A stretch of DNA of 64,000 nucleotides. Origin: the human T2T-CHM13v2.0 reference genome, Homo sapiens. The position numbers and the translations under genes were made by a program. Shown piece by piece: positions 28,224 to 42,840 of this stretch. How positions within the stretch are numbered: position 1 is the first letter of the stretch; each line of letters starts with the position of its first letter. The stretch is taken from NCBI RefSeq assembly GCF_009914755.1, contig NC_060925.1; one strand, written 5' to 3'. The notes below the pieces were generated by a model that was not told the origin of the DNA, searched no databases, and saw only the letters and a program-made list of their open reading frames with translations.

Positions 28224-30419
28224 CGTATAAAAGTTCCAACTGAGCCCAGGCTTTCCACTAGTAATGCTTCAGAAAATGACTGAAGCTATTTTGGATCCTC
28301 TAGACTAGCTCATCTGCATGTTGAATTCCAGCAATTAGTTTCGATCCGAATCAAATGGAGATGAAAAACCACCTTGGCTAAGCTCTGTCCAAATTCTTGA
28401 CTTACACAATTGTGAGATATGAACTGCACTTGATTTAGCTAAGGAAGGAGATCCTGGACCTGAAGTTTGAGCTGACGCTATAGTAGCATGATACTTTTGA
28501 AGGAATCTGACTGGAGCGAGTTTACTTTGTAGGGGAGAGGAGAACTGATTACTCAAAAAATCTAATAAAGGATCTTATTAGGAATTCTTGTTTTTGTCAT
28601 TCCAGAATAACTCAGCTTTGATATTAGAGCTGTCACCATAGTCCCACAACAACAAAGGGTGAATAAAGATCCACTAGGAAACTTATTTTTATTTTTCATT
28701 TCTGTCGATGTGTGTTTGTAATACATCCAAACTCACGGCAAATGCTCACATTTGTGGACTTCAGTTGCAAAATACTCTGAGTTTTGCTGGAGGGTATAGT
28801 AAGACAAAAAGAATACAGAGGAAAAAAAATTAAACAAAAATATTTTATCTCATATACAGAGATATATTTTCCACATTTTGTGATGAGCTTCTGCATTTAT
28901 TTTTAATAATAAGGCAATTTTCATTAAATTATGTCATTCATGCCCAAAATATAGTCACAGACACAGTTTTGAGAAGTAAGTATCTAGAAATAGCTTGTTC
29001 TTCATAATTTTGCAGTTCTATTTACATAAGACCTTCAACAAAGAAAATTAATATTTATCATTTGATTTTAATTTCTATATGGAAAACACATTCAGTAATA
29101 TGCAAGTCCTATTCATTTTAGAACAAAATTAATATTGAATACTTGATATAAAAATATTTTCAGCATTGGAAGTATTTATTCATTTTTAAAGAATATAAAA
29201 TTTTTTATTGGCATTGCTTTTGCAGACTTACTTTTTAAATTTTATAAGTATAAAATGTGCAAAAAATTAAAAATAAATCTAGGGAAGCTATGAATATTAG
29301 AATTTCTATGTGTACTAAAATATATAGAATGTCAGTTGTAATGAGTCAAAGTCAAAGTGATTAAGTACAAATGGTACAAACCATAAAACTGCTCATTATC
29401 ACTATGCTACTTCCAACCCAAACTTTTCATATCTTTTGATCTGCTTTAAATTTTCTATTTCTATGTAATTTGTGAAATTGTGATTTCTGATTGCTGAATT
29501 TCCATTAGATACATATTCAGCACATAATTATTTAATTTTGAAATAATTCTACAAAATATACTAAAATAAGTGGAGACATAATTATCTATGTGTTGAGGGT
29601 TGAAAGTCATATTTTCATCAATCAAAAGTAAACTGCCTTTGGTAAAACACCTACAGTTACAATAGGTTAGGTGAGTAGGTTTGGCAATTAATTTTTTAAA
29701 CTTTCTCCTGATATGATGACAGACCATGTTCCTATACAAACTCCAGAAAGAAGAGCTAAACTTAGGGGAAAAAATCTGTTAGAAAATATAATTCTGTAGA
29801 AAACAGTAACTGATGAGATTATGTAGATTATCTATGGCAAGCTTTAAGAATTTGTTTTACTACATTTTCTAGAAATACCCAATAATAATTCCCTAGTAGA
29901 GAAGCAGATTCGAGGAGACCTATGTTGTCTGTCATTGTTGAAAAATATTTCAGAGGTCATATTGCTATTGTGATGGTGGTTGGTTTTGTTTTGTATAGCA
30001 TACAATAATTTAAAGATATGTACTTTACACAGGCATTTTGTTTTTAAATAAATTACAAGTGTGTCTTATTTATGGAATAAGTACACTTCTTGAAATTTTC
30101 ATACTAAACAATTGGATTTTTTCATTTGAAACTTATTTTGGATATTCCAGAAAATATTACTGTTTACATAAATTTTGTTTTATAGATTGGTAATATTTAT
30201 ACACTTATTTTTTACTGAATGTTGTGCTAATGATTCCTTCATTTCCTCTATGCCTTAAATTTCTAGTTTCAGGAACATTTTTAGAGTATTAATCTCCATC
30301 TCATTTTATGTCATTCTTTTGATGTGCCTTAAGCTCTGGAAGCTAAAGCAATACATTTTTAGTGAGTTGATCCATTGCCTAGTTATCAACTTGTGAATAA
30401 TAAGTTAGGCACTTGTATC

Positions 30420-31415
30420 ACTCTCCATTATTTTCCTTAGGTATTTCAATCAGCCCTACATGCTGATGACTCCCAAATCAGATTTCCAACTCCTATTTCC
30501 CTCCTGATATTCAGACTTTTATTTACAACTGGCTCCTATACATCTTCACTGGAATGTCTTAAAGCAACCTCAAATTTAACATACTCAATATCAAACTCAT
30601 TTTGTCACCCACATACTACGTCTTGCTCTACTTTTACATGTTCTCTTTCTCTCCATGCCCACCAAGAGTGATTTAGTTTATTTTATAAGCATTTCTTCCT
30701 GACTAGCTGACAGCCTTTTATCTTACTGCCCCAGTTGATTCTTAATTGCCATTAAAGTTGTATACTTGTACACCACACCCTTTAGTCACCATTGAATAAC
30801 TGTTGTTCCTAAGCAAGCTTGTGTCTCTAAGGATACATAACTCTTTGGAATGTCTAGTCATTTTTCCTTCCAGGGAATGCCTAAGCATCATTTAATATTC
30901 AACTTATGTTTAATATCAGTGCAGCATCCCTAAAAGAGGGCAAAATTACTTACTTATTCCATGGTATTCTTAGAAGATTTAATAAATGTCATCTGTAAAA
31001 TGCATTTCACATTTAGACAGTTTCAAAAGCAAAGCTTATTTTCACTATAGCTATTACAAATATGGACTTTCAAATCAAACAAATTTGGGTGTAAATCATG
31101 ACTGTCTCATGTGCTTGCCCTTTGGAAAGGTATTTAACATTTCTGAACACTTTAGTTTTCTGCTGTTCTATACTAATGGTATCTATCTAAAAGACTATTT
31201 TTAGAATTAAATAAGATAAAATGTATAAACAGCAAAGATAGTGTCCATCAGCAAGTAAGGGCTCAAAATTGATTCCATGAATTGTATTATAATTATTTTT
31301 GTTTTATATAAACCTTCTAAAGAAATACACTATTTTCTGCTATTGACTATGTCACAATTTGAAGCACATTGCTTGACATGTAATATGAGACACTATAAAT
31401 CTATGTTCAATGAGT
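30420..31415 (+). mobile_element. L2 relic, interrupted by MIR
   Basis: catgctgatgactcccaaatc...catcttcactggaatgtct...cctcaaatttaacat L2 hallmarks; decayed 3' end near 31400. Confidence 0.7.
31050..31295 (+). mobile_element. MIR
   Basis: tggactttcaaatcaaacaaatttgggtgtaaatc...tatttaacatttctgaacactttagttttc. Confidence 0.65.
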
Positions 31416-32468
31416 AACCATCATGGAGCTTGGACTATAAAGTTAAAAGTGTTAGTTGCAACTCATCGATAGAAACACACTTTTTCATAATAACTTGAAA
31501 ACATTGAGTGGTGTGTTTTAATGTTATTCCTACTACAAATAGGAAAAATGAAATTTTGAAAGCCTTCTTAAGTCATGATTGAATGTATGAATTTTGTATC
31601 TATACAGAGTGCTATTAATAAAAATATTTTGGAAAGCAAGAATTCTCACGTAAAGTAGAAGAAAAATTCCCCATCTCTGAGTTGAATATGGTAAAATATT
31701 TTTCAAGAATTAGTCATTTTTCTTCTAGAAATGCCTACAATATTATATTTTGGCATCTCAACAAATTTGCTGTCCACAAAATACACCTATAACTTCTGTA
31801 GAAGAAATAGAACAAAACATTTTTAGAAGATTGTTATTGCATTGACTTTGGTTACATGTTTTATCTAAAATAGCTGTTTTTAAACTGTAGCACTGTGGCT
31901 GAACTGTAAATTACCTTGTTCTTCTATGAGAAAATCCCACCATTTTATTCATAATTCATTTCTTTATGCAAGCTAAAGGGAAACCTTGGGATATAATAGA
32001 ATTGCCTTAGAGAAAATTTATAGTATATGTGTGTAGTTGATCAATATCCTACAGGTACAGCACTGTGAAAGACATCATTTTAGTCCTTCAGGTGTGAATA
32101 GTGTCCCATGGGTGGGGCAATACACATAAAAATGAGAGATATTTTTATTAATGGTATGATTTTTTTACACTTTGAAGTAACAATATAAAATAGTATTTGT
32201 TTAGATGCTGGCATATGTTGGACAGAACAACTTACTGTGAAAGTATAGGGAATCAGAAAGTACCAGTTTCAAGAAACAGTTTAAATTCTATTATTTCAGA
32301 TGATCCACTCTACAGTTTGTCTGAGTCAACAGGGGATGGCTTTTATAACACTGTGGAGTGAAGGAGAAGTTTTAAGGTAGCCTTTTTGCATTATATGAGG
32401 ATGTCATACCTATTATTAGAGAACATATCAATTCATTGTTAGAAAATTATAATCATTGTCACCATAGT

Positions 32469-32487
32469 CATCATCATCATCATCATA
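32469..32487 (+). repeat. (CAT)n trinucleotide repeat
   Basis: Directly visible. Confidence 0.9.
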
Positions 32488-32845
32488 ATGGGAGCACTTA
32501 TATTCCACTTTACTCCTCTGGGCATTGTATAATTAGGTTAAAAGTTAAACATTATTGGCGAATGTACATTCTAGACTTTAATCTCTACATTGAAAGATAT
32601 TCAATGGTGATCTACTTATCTATCCATCTATCTGTATTTTTATTTTTTAATTGAGCAATCTATGTTCAGGTATTTTATGATAAAAAGAATTATATCAATC
32701 TAAGGGACAAACACATAAAAAATTTTAATCAGATGTTCTGGAGGTAATACAATGAACTTATTACTATGTAAGTGATAAGATTTACAATCCCACTTTTATG
32801 ATGTCTGTGTCTGATTTACATAATAGACTATTAAAGAGGTTTGGG

Positions 32846-33403
<558 letters not shown>

Positions 33404-34416
33404 TAAGTTAAAATGTTTGAAATTCACGTAGATAGGGGCAGGTAAATTTCAAAGAAAATGGAGGAGAATTGGTAAAAGACATATTAAATTAAATCTATGC
33501 CTTTAAATGATATCCACTGTGTGAAAGCTACCTTAAGATTAGACCTAATGGAGTTATTTGATACTGTTATTTGCGATAAAGTAGAAATGACAGGCACATT
33601 TAACAGGAGAAACTGTTTCAAATAAAGCCATGTATCCAGGCTGTGGAATTCTCCCTTGTGCTAACATACTGCTTTTGTGTACAAGTTTCCAAACTTATTT
33701 GGAAAACCGAGCTTCTAAAATAAATAAGCATTCTTTATGGCCAAATTATGTTGATAAATTGATTGTAGAATTCATTAATATTCTGCCTCTATAAAGTGTC
33801 AGGAAATGAGATACAGATTAAGAACAGATGAATAGTGAGAACTGTTATCTTTGTTTTTCACAAATTCTTTATTTCCAGGCTATTTTCCCGTATCTGTTTA
33901 TATATGTGGTTGTAATGAGAATTTATGACATATTGAGTGTTCTGTTTCTAATTTTCAAGCTATATCACATATTTTCATATGCAGACTTAAGACATATATT
34001 GCATATTGCATTGTCAGTTGTTTGTAGCAGGATGAAATTAGCCATATTAATTCATTTTGTTGGCCCCAAGTAAAATTGTATATGTTCTTATTTCTGTACT
34101 TTTCATTTCTTACTTAAAAATTTTAAACTAAATAATAAAAACCTAAAATTTTTCATAATACAGAATTCTAAAAATACTTCTTTAAAAATTATTGTATTTT
34201 ATCAGATTGAACACAATAGCATTTACAATGTAACATACTATACAGTCATTAAAGATTATAAACCGTGCAAATATTTATTATTCAATTATCAAGAATATGA
34301 TTGTTATCAGTAGAACAACAAGTTATGAATTAAGAGTTTTAAAAAATAATTTGTTGGCATATCTAGAATTTATCAAATTAGCTACTTCAACTATTAGAGC
34401 ATATCACATGCCTGTC

Positions 34417-34717
34417 TTTTTTTTTTTTTCTTTTGAGACAGGGTCTGACTCTGTCACTAAGGCTGAGGTGCAGTGGCATGATCTCGGCTCATTGCAACCT
34501 CTACCTCCCAGGCTAAAGTGATGCTCCCACCTCGGCCTCTCAAGTAGCTGGGACTACAGGTGTGCACCACCACATGGGGCTAATTTTTGTATTTTTTGTA
34601 GAGACCGGGTTTTGTCATTTTGCCGAGGCTGATCTTTAACTGCTGAGCTCAAATAATTGGCCCACCTCGGCCTCCCAAATTGCTGGGATTACAGGCGTGA
34701 GCCACCACACTTGGTCC
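34417..34717 (-). mobile_element. AluJ
   Basis: gagacagggtct...ctcccacctcggcctc J-type positions; TSD cacatgcctgtctt/cacatgccaatctt. Confidence 0.94.
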
Positions 34718-34917
34718 CACATGCCAATCTTAAGTCACACGATCACTGTTTTATCCAGCTAAGTAGGTGAAAAAAAGAAACATTGTAAGGCATTTTAAGG
34801 GAAACAAATTGCAGTGAACTTTCTCATCTAAGGCATATCCTAGATAAAAATTGTAAAATAAACAAACGTGTTTTCTTTAAACCTCTTTTGATCTCTTGTA
34901 GAAAATCTTCATCTAAA

Positions 34918-35102
34918 AGGATTCTCAGCTTTGGTTGCACATTGCAACCTACTGGGAAGGACTAACACAGAAAGCCCCCTTGAGATGAGGCTTTACCTGA
35001 GATGAATTCAGTTAACATCTGATAAGGAAGGGGAGCAAACATCTGTATTGTTCAAAAGTCCCCTAGGTGGTTTTAATGCGGAACCAGCTAGAGAATCCCT
35101 AA
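34918..35102. mobile_element. MER5A/B (hAT-Charlie) relic
   Basis: ttctcagctttggttgcacatt...taatgcggaaccagctagagaa inverted ends. Confidence 0.7.
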
Positions 35103-36611
35103 TAAAGTCAACCAGAAGTCTCATATGCCCTCTCATTTTCTCGCTATCCTGTTACTGAAACCTAAATTCTCTTCATTTGGAACACGACATAATCTGCACT
35201 TTGCCTTACTGATTTCTCACTGCTAAATGTCACTCCTAATTTGTTCTATATTTTCAAAGCCTCATTAAATTATTGGCCTGCTAATTACATATCTCAATTC
35301 ATGATAAAGCGCTAATGGTTGAAAGTGATTTAATGTGTGATTAATGTGTGCTAATTAGAATTAGCAAATTCTAATTAATGAATTTGCTTTATAACCTACT
35401 ATTTAACACACCTAAAGCATGAATGGTGAATAAAATAGGAATTTTAGTTCTAATAGACCTATATAGAAATACCTTAACTCTGCTGGGGCATTGAGCATTC
35501 CTTAAGTAGTTCTACATAAGAATGGTTTTAATAGGAGCTAGCTATCCTGTTTCCATTATTAACACAAAACCATGAAGAAATGGAAGATGGCAATGCTAGA
35601 AAAGTCAGACATACTACATGATAATAGGTTAAATAAATGCTATTCAGTTCATTAAGTTGATAGAATTATGCATTCACAAAAAAAAAGACCCCTGAATTTG
35701 GATAAATGTATAGAAAATGTCACTCCCATGAAAGAAAAATTAATTATAAAAATAAATGAAATGAATGTTTTTTACAGAATTTTCTTAAAGGTATTCCATT
35801 ATACAAAGTAGAATTTTATGATGCCAATTTAACTGTCATTAGAAAGACTATATTTTAAAAGTTAACTAATACATGTCAGGAAGAATGATTGTCTCTTTTC
35901 AGGGGAATTGTTGATAAATGATATAATGACAGAGGTTTTTGCTCACAGCTAAGAATGATTAGAAAAGGAGGTTTGGATATAATTAACTTAATAGTATGTT
36001 TCTCCTAGTGCTAAGGAGAGGTTGGCCATTAACTGTATTCTAATATATATATAGAAATTACATACTTGAAATAGAGAAGCACACAGCAGGGTTTTATATA
36101 TTTAAGGCAATTTTATGTAAGATAAGACCATTTTTTTTTCTGCCAATTCCTAATTCATCAAATTGCTTTCACCAAGAAAAATGTTCTGTTGTATAAAACA
36201 ATACGTCTCCAATATCTGTTAGGTATCACACATTTTGCATTCTTTTATGTATCACATAACTGTGGATACTGTTTTTTTCATATATACAAATAATGAGACT
36301 TGATCAGACTAACAAGTACACTTATATTGTTCAGCTTATGTAGAACTTGATCTTGTTTTTTTCTTTTCCCCTAATAGACAGCTATTCATTGAAGTAAAAT
36401 AGACAAAGTCAATCTCTTTCAGACCACACATTTAGTACCAAGATATATTATGAGGAGTAACTAGATTTAAGTCCACATTTTAAAAACAATATTTTATCAG
36501 TCTTCTTAATATAGAACCCAACAACAAAAGTAACTGCATGAGAATAAAGTTAATATGAACTGAGTTTAGAGATACTGATATGCAAAATTTTCTTGAGAAG
36601 TGAAATAGTGA

Positions 36612-37135
<524 letters not shown>

Positions 37136-37479
37136 CTAATGAATATGTGAACCTACATATGTTTTTATTTTATCTGGAGCTATACATAAACATATGCAGT
37201 TATAGTTTCAATTGACAATCTTCTTTTCACAAGGATTTACAAAGAGTTTAACGTTTAGAATTCCCAGGATTTTTGTCATGGCCTGTAATAAGACAGTCAC
37301 ACAATTTTGTTAGCTCAATTTGAATCACTTTACCTTATCCTACTCTATTGATCTGATATTGTCTGTTGCTTTGTGTCATAATGTCTCTGTCTCTCCAGAT
37401 AAACTGGCTGTTAGCCTTTGACAGTCATGTTACTACAACTTATGTGATGTCTAATCCATGAACCTAAATGTTTATTGGC

Positions 37480-37660
37480 TGATATTATCACATCTACTCT
37501 GTGCTAATCCTTACACATACCCAGTTGGATATGAATATGCTCATTTTGTAGATGGGAGAACTGGACCTTTAATGTTAAATGACTCCATATCACACAGTTC
37601 TTTACATGTCCAAGTAAGTCAGAATTCAAACTTAGACAGACATATACAACCCCAAAGGCT
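37480..37660 (-). mobile_element. MIR relic
   Basis: ctcattttgtagatgggagaactgg reverse MIR core. Confidence 0.6.
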
Positions 37661-37744
37661 TTGCCCTGTTGCCTTCATCATCCCAGGATTTCTCTTGATG
37701 CCTTAATTCCCAACCTCACTGTTCTTAGTTTGTTCTCTTTCCCA

Positions 37745-39744
37745 ATGGATGGTGACTGGCAAAAAGAGAGCTTGTGCAGGGCAACTCCCATTTTTAAAAC
37801 CCCCAAATTTTGTGAGACCTATTCACTATCATGAGAACAGCACTGGAAAGACCCACCCCATAATTCAATAATCTCCCACCAGGTCCCTCCCACAACACGT
37901 GTTAATTATGGAAGCTACAAGAGGAGATTTGGGTGGGGACACAGAGCCAAACCATATCATTCTGCCCCTGGCCCCTCCCAAATCTCGTATCTTCACATTT
38001 CAAAACCAGTCATGCCTTCCCAACAGTCCACCAAAGTCTCAACTCATTTCAGAATTAACCCGAAAGTCCACAGTCCAAAGTCTCATCTGAGACAAGGCAA
38101 GTCCCTTCTGCCTATGACCATGTAAAATCAAAAGCAGGTTAGTTACTTCCTAGATATATTGTGGGTACAGGCATTGGGTAAATACAGCCATTCCAAATGG
38201 GAGAAATTCGCCAAAACAAAGGGGCTACAGGCCCTATGCAAGTCCAAAATCCAGCAGGGCCGTCAAATCTTAAAGTTCCAAAATGATCTCCTTTGACACC
38301 ATGTCTTGCATCTGGATCACATCGATGCAAGGATTGGGTTCCCATGGTCTTGGGCAGCTCCACCCCTGTGGCTTTGCAGGGTAAACCCCCCCTCTCGGCT
38401 GTTTTCACGGGTTGGCATTGAGTGTCTGTGGCTTTCCCAGGCTCACGGTGCAAGCTGTTGGTGGATCTACCATTCTGGGTTCTGGAGTACAGTGGCCTTC
38501 TTCTCACAGCTCCACTAGGTGGTGCCCCAGTAGGGACTGTGTGGGGGGGCTGTGACCCCACATTTCCATTCTGCACTGCCCTAGCAGAGGTTCTCCGTGA
38601 GGGCCTTGCCCTTGCAGCAAATGCGTGGGCATCCAGGCATTTCCATACATCTTCTGAAATCTAGGGGGAGGCTCCCAAACCTCAGTCATTGACTTCTGTG
38701 TGCCTGCAAGCTCAACACCATGTGGAAGCTGCCAAGTCTTGGGGCTTCTACCCTCTGAAGCAACAGCTAGGGCTGTACCTTGGCCCCTTTTGGTCATAGG
38801 TGGAGCAGTTGGGATATAGGGCACTAAGTCCCTAGACTGCACACAAGATGGGAACACAGGGCCTGGCCCACGAAACCGTTTTTCTTCCTCAGCCTCTGGG
38901 TCTGTGATGGGAGGGGTGGCTCTGAAGCCTCTGACATGTCCTGGATACATGTTCCCCATTGGGGAAAATGGGGCTTACGAATGGTAATCCCCAAAATGGG
39001 GATTTACCATTTGGGTCCTGATTACCTATGCAAATCTCTGGAAATTTTCTGAACGTTTATGCACTGCTTCCCTTTTAAAACTGAATGTTTGTAACAGCAC
39101 TGAAGTCACATCTTGAATGCTTTGCTGGTTAGAAATTTCTTCCACCAGATACCCTTAATCATCTCTCTCAAGTTCAAAGTTCCATAAATATCTAGGTCAA
39201 GGGCAAAATGTTGCCATTCAACAAGTCTCTAGGGAGTTCCAAACTTTCCCACATTTTCTTGTCTTCTTCTAAGCCCTGTAAACTGTTCCAACCTCTGCCT
39301 GTTATCCAGTTCCAAAGTAGCTTCCACAATTTCTGGTATCTTTTCAGCAGCGCCCCACTACCAGTACCAATTTACTGTATTAGTCCATTTTAATGATGCT
39401 GACAAAGACATACCCAAGACTGGGCAATTTACAAAAAAAATAATAATAAGTTTAATTGGATTTACAGTTCTACGTGGCTGGGGAAGCCTCAGGATCATGG
39501 TGGAATGCAAAGAGGAGCAAGTCACATCATACAAGGATGGCAGCAGGCAAAAAGAGAGCTTATGCTGGGCAACTTCTGTTTTTAAAATCATCAGATCCCT
39601 GAGATCCATTCACTGTCATGAGAAAAGGATGGGAAACACTTGCCCCCATAATTCAGTAATCTCTCACCAGGTCCATCCCACAACACTTGGGAATTGTGGG
39701 AGCTGCAAGAGATTTGATGGGGGACAAAGAACCAAACCATATCA
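37745..39744 (-). mobile_element. THE1B/C MaLR provirus-like element: LTR 39376-39744, internal 37960-39375, truncated LTR 37745-37959
   Basis: Two direct LTR copies ending ccaaaccatatca flank THE1-internal sequence. Confidence 0.93.
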
Positions 39745-41862
39745 AGGTGTGAGTATAATTTTTAATGTGAATATAACAATATTATAAAGTCCAAGTAACT
39801 TAATTTAAAATAAACTGTTGAGTTCAGGGGAACAAATGCTTCATCATGTCTATTAAATGTTTACCTTAATGTAACCTCCAGATATGGCATGTTCATAGTT
39901 GTATTCCCTCTCAACAACTAAGACATTGTCTTTCTCAATAAATGAAACTTCAGTAAAAATTGTCAGAGCAGGTCTGCCCCTCCCACAGTAAAAGAATGCT
40001 ACTGTGCATACTTGCACTCAAATTATTTTTTTATCTATTGGTATGACTTAAGACTAGTGACTTTCACAATAGCCGCTTCTCTCATTAGGGAAAATGTCGG
40101 CAATTGTGAAGCCATATCCTTAGCCCACAGTAACGAGATGTTAAGCCTGAAAGAACTGCAACTCATTTACTTGTCTAGACCTTCTAAATTTTAAATTTCA
40201 GTTGAGCAAGATCACTAAATATTTAAAATTGAGATGTTTTATTTCTTTGTGAAATTGATTTTACAGAACCATTTACAAATCTTTAGGCTACACAGAAATT
40301 ATTTAAAATATTTTTATATTTATTCTAATTAAGTAAATAACATGTAAATAAATGTGTATTCATTGAATAACTTATTTTGGACAGATAATAATGCTACTCA
40401 CCACCTTATATAATTCCATATTGTAAGAAGCTTCAGAGACGTGGATTTTTCTGTTTTCAGGACCTGAAATATATTCCTACATAGAGTAAATGGTAAGTTT
40501 AATCAGAAGATTATGTGATTAATATAGCTAATTTTGTTTTATCTTTTGGATGATGTAACCTATCCCTGGCAAGTGTGAAAAATGACAGTATATATTGTAC
40601 AGTGGTATTTCCCTGAAGCTTTATCTTTTTCTACTCATTTTTCTTTAATCATAATTTTCTTCATTGAGTCAGAGCCTAAGGCAGCAGTAAATTCTCCAGT
40701 AATTGTGCTATTCTACCACTTCAAAGCCATGAGAGTAAAGCTCTGAGATGTCAATATAGAATTTATCAAACATTTGATAAATAGCAAAAGTTGCATCAGG
40801 AGTCTAAAGAGTAAATAAATAATAGGGGGATTGGCAAACACTATGATGCCGACTCTCACGAGCACGCAGAAACACTCAGGCTTCTTTTAGCCAGAGAGTA
40901 CGGGGAATGCTGGCCCTGCATTCTGCTGGCATAGCTGAAGAAAAATTTACCATATTTTTACCATTTTTCTGTCAATGTTTTAATACAAGCTGGTATGGCC
41001 TGAGGAAAGGGTCTCCCACAGAAAGTGTGTACTTCTAACCTAAAAATCGAATGACTTCATTTATTATACCATCAAACATAAACTCTTTAGAAAACCTCTT
41101 AGTACCCTTAACAATGTAATTAGATGTTTCTTAAGTATTTGTTCACCTTTATTTTTAGCTACCTTGTAAATACATCTTGCTCATTTAATCCATAAATCAG
41201 TATTTTATCTATTCATCTATTTATTTAATCAATAATTATTAAATTTATAAGATAATGAGTATAAAGAGTTGCCCATATCTATATATAAAGGTATGTTCTG
41301 CTAACATTATATATAGCATCCAGCTATATGTAATATATAGCATCTATATATAAAGGTTTGCAGCAGCATTCCTCTTCTCTGTTGTTATTTAGAAAGAAAC
41401 AGAGGACTGACTGATAGTAATCTCAAAGCCCAAATTAAATTAATTTTACTTTTGTGCTAATGAGCTGTAATAAAGGAAGAGTCCAGGAAATGCCAATGTG
41501 TTTAAGTCATAAAGATTTTATAGTGTTGTGACTAACAATGCATTTTAGTGTAAACAACTTAAGAAAAATTGAAGTGAAAAGTCATTAAAATGTTATTCTG
41601 GGAAGACACTAATAACAAAATATTATCTATGTTACATTGAACTACAGTGTTAACCAGAACTCACCTTTCCACCAAGTTAGGCAATACTGTTCCATTATAT
41701 GAATATGTAAAAATCTTCATGTTGAGATATTTAAAACAAATTCAGAAAAATAGAAAACATCAATTGGCCTCAAGGTAATAGGCCAGATTAGTTCAAAGTA
41801 AGAAAGGACCAACTGAGTGGAGTAATCACTCATAGGAACAGTTAGGAAATTTTAAGAAATAG

Positions 41863-42012
41863 CATAGTGCTTTGCAACTCATGATGAGCTGCATTACAAT
41901 GACATCATTTGGAAGCATGCAAAATATTAACACTTCTCCCCACTAAATCAGAACGAATTTTTATCAGGATTCACAAGCAACTTGCATGCACATTACAGTT
42001 TGAGAAACACTG
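41863..42012. mobile_element. MER5A-like relic
   Basis: Ends tgcacattacagtttgagaaacactg. Confidence 0.55.
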
Positions 42013-42027
42013 TTATTAAGACGGAGA

Positions 42028-42840
42028 TTGTTAGTCAACATCCCAGCAAGAACAGGTGGAACACTCACAAAAAGTAATTGGGGAAACATTATTAAAGGGA
42101 CTTGTTACAAGCTGAATTGTGTGACATCCCTCTTCCAGATTCAGATTAGTCAATGCTAGAGCATCAGATTAGTTGATGCTCTAATTCCCAGGACCTCAGA
42201 ATGTAGCTGTATTTGCAATAGGGTCTTTAAAAGGTAATTAAATTAAAATGAGGTTATCAGGGTGGGTCTTATTCCAATATGACTGGAAACCATACAGGAA
42301 GAGGAAATCTGAACACCAGTGGTTACAGAGGGAAGATCATGTAAAGACAAAGACATAGGGAGAAGACAGCCATCTGCAAGCCAAGGAGAGGCTTCAGAAT
42401 AAACCAACCAACACTGCTACCACCTTAATCTCAGACTTCTAGCCTCTCAAATTGTGAGAAAATAAATTTCTCTTCTTTGAGCCACTCAGTCTGTGGTGCA
42501 GAGAGCTATGATCAATTCTAGGCCTGAAGGCAGTTGTAACTATAGGAAAAGTGTCCCTGTAGAAGCTGTCATCTGAAAAAGTTGTATGCAGTTACCAATA
42601 AATAGCAGGCTGGCAGGAAGGGAGCATGGAGAATAAATACCTGGACCACTTACTACTTTCTACTTCCGTCTTTCAATTTTCTAGTTTCTCCTGCTGGCTA
42701 AATCTAATTGGCAACCAGAGGGTAAGTGTGTGCTCATGATTCAGTTTGTGTAAGTCAGTCTTCCAGGGGGACACAAAAAATAGAATGAACGGTGATGGGG
42801 AGTAGATTGGAATGACAAATAGAAATTGTTCAGCAGAGTT
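42028..42840 (-). mobile_element. Old ERVL-type LTR (LTR33/LTR16-like), interrupted by MLT1B
   Basis: tcccagcaagaacaggtggaacactca...aaagggact and ggcaaccagagggtaag motifs. Confidence 0.5.
42103..42497 (+). mobile_element. MLT1B-like LTR
   Basis: tgttacaagctgaattgtgt...cctcagaatgt...gagaagacagccatctgcaagccaaggagag...gtgagaaaataaatttc. Confidence 0.85.

Noticed and set aside
32436-32654. Poly-His ORF
   Set aside because: Produced by a (CAT)n microsatellite, with a non-ATG start and no other coding signal
38139-38959. 145-151 aa ORFs in the THE1 internal region
   Set aside because: Decayed MaLR internal sequence, non-autonomous and rearranged
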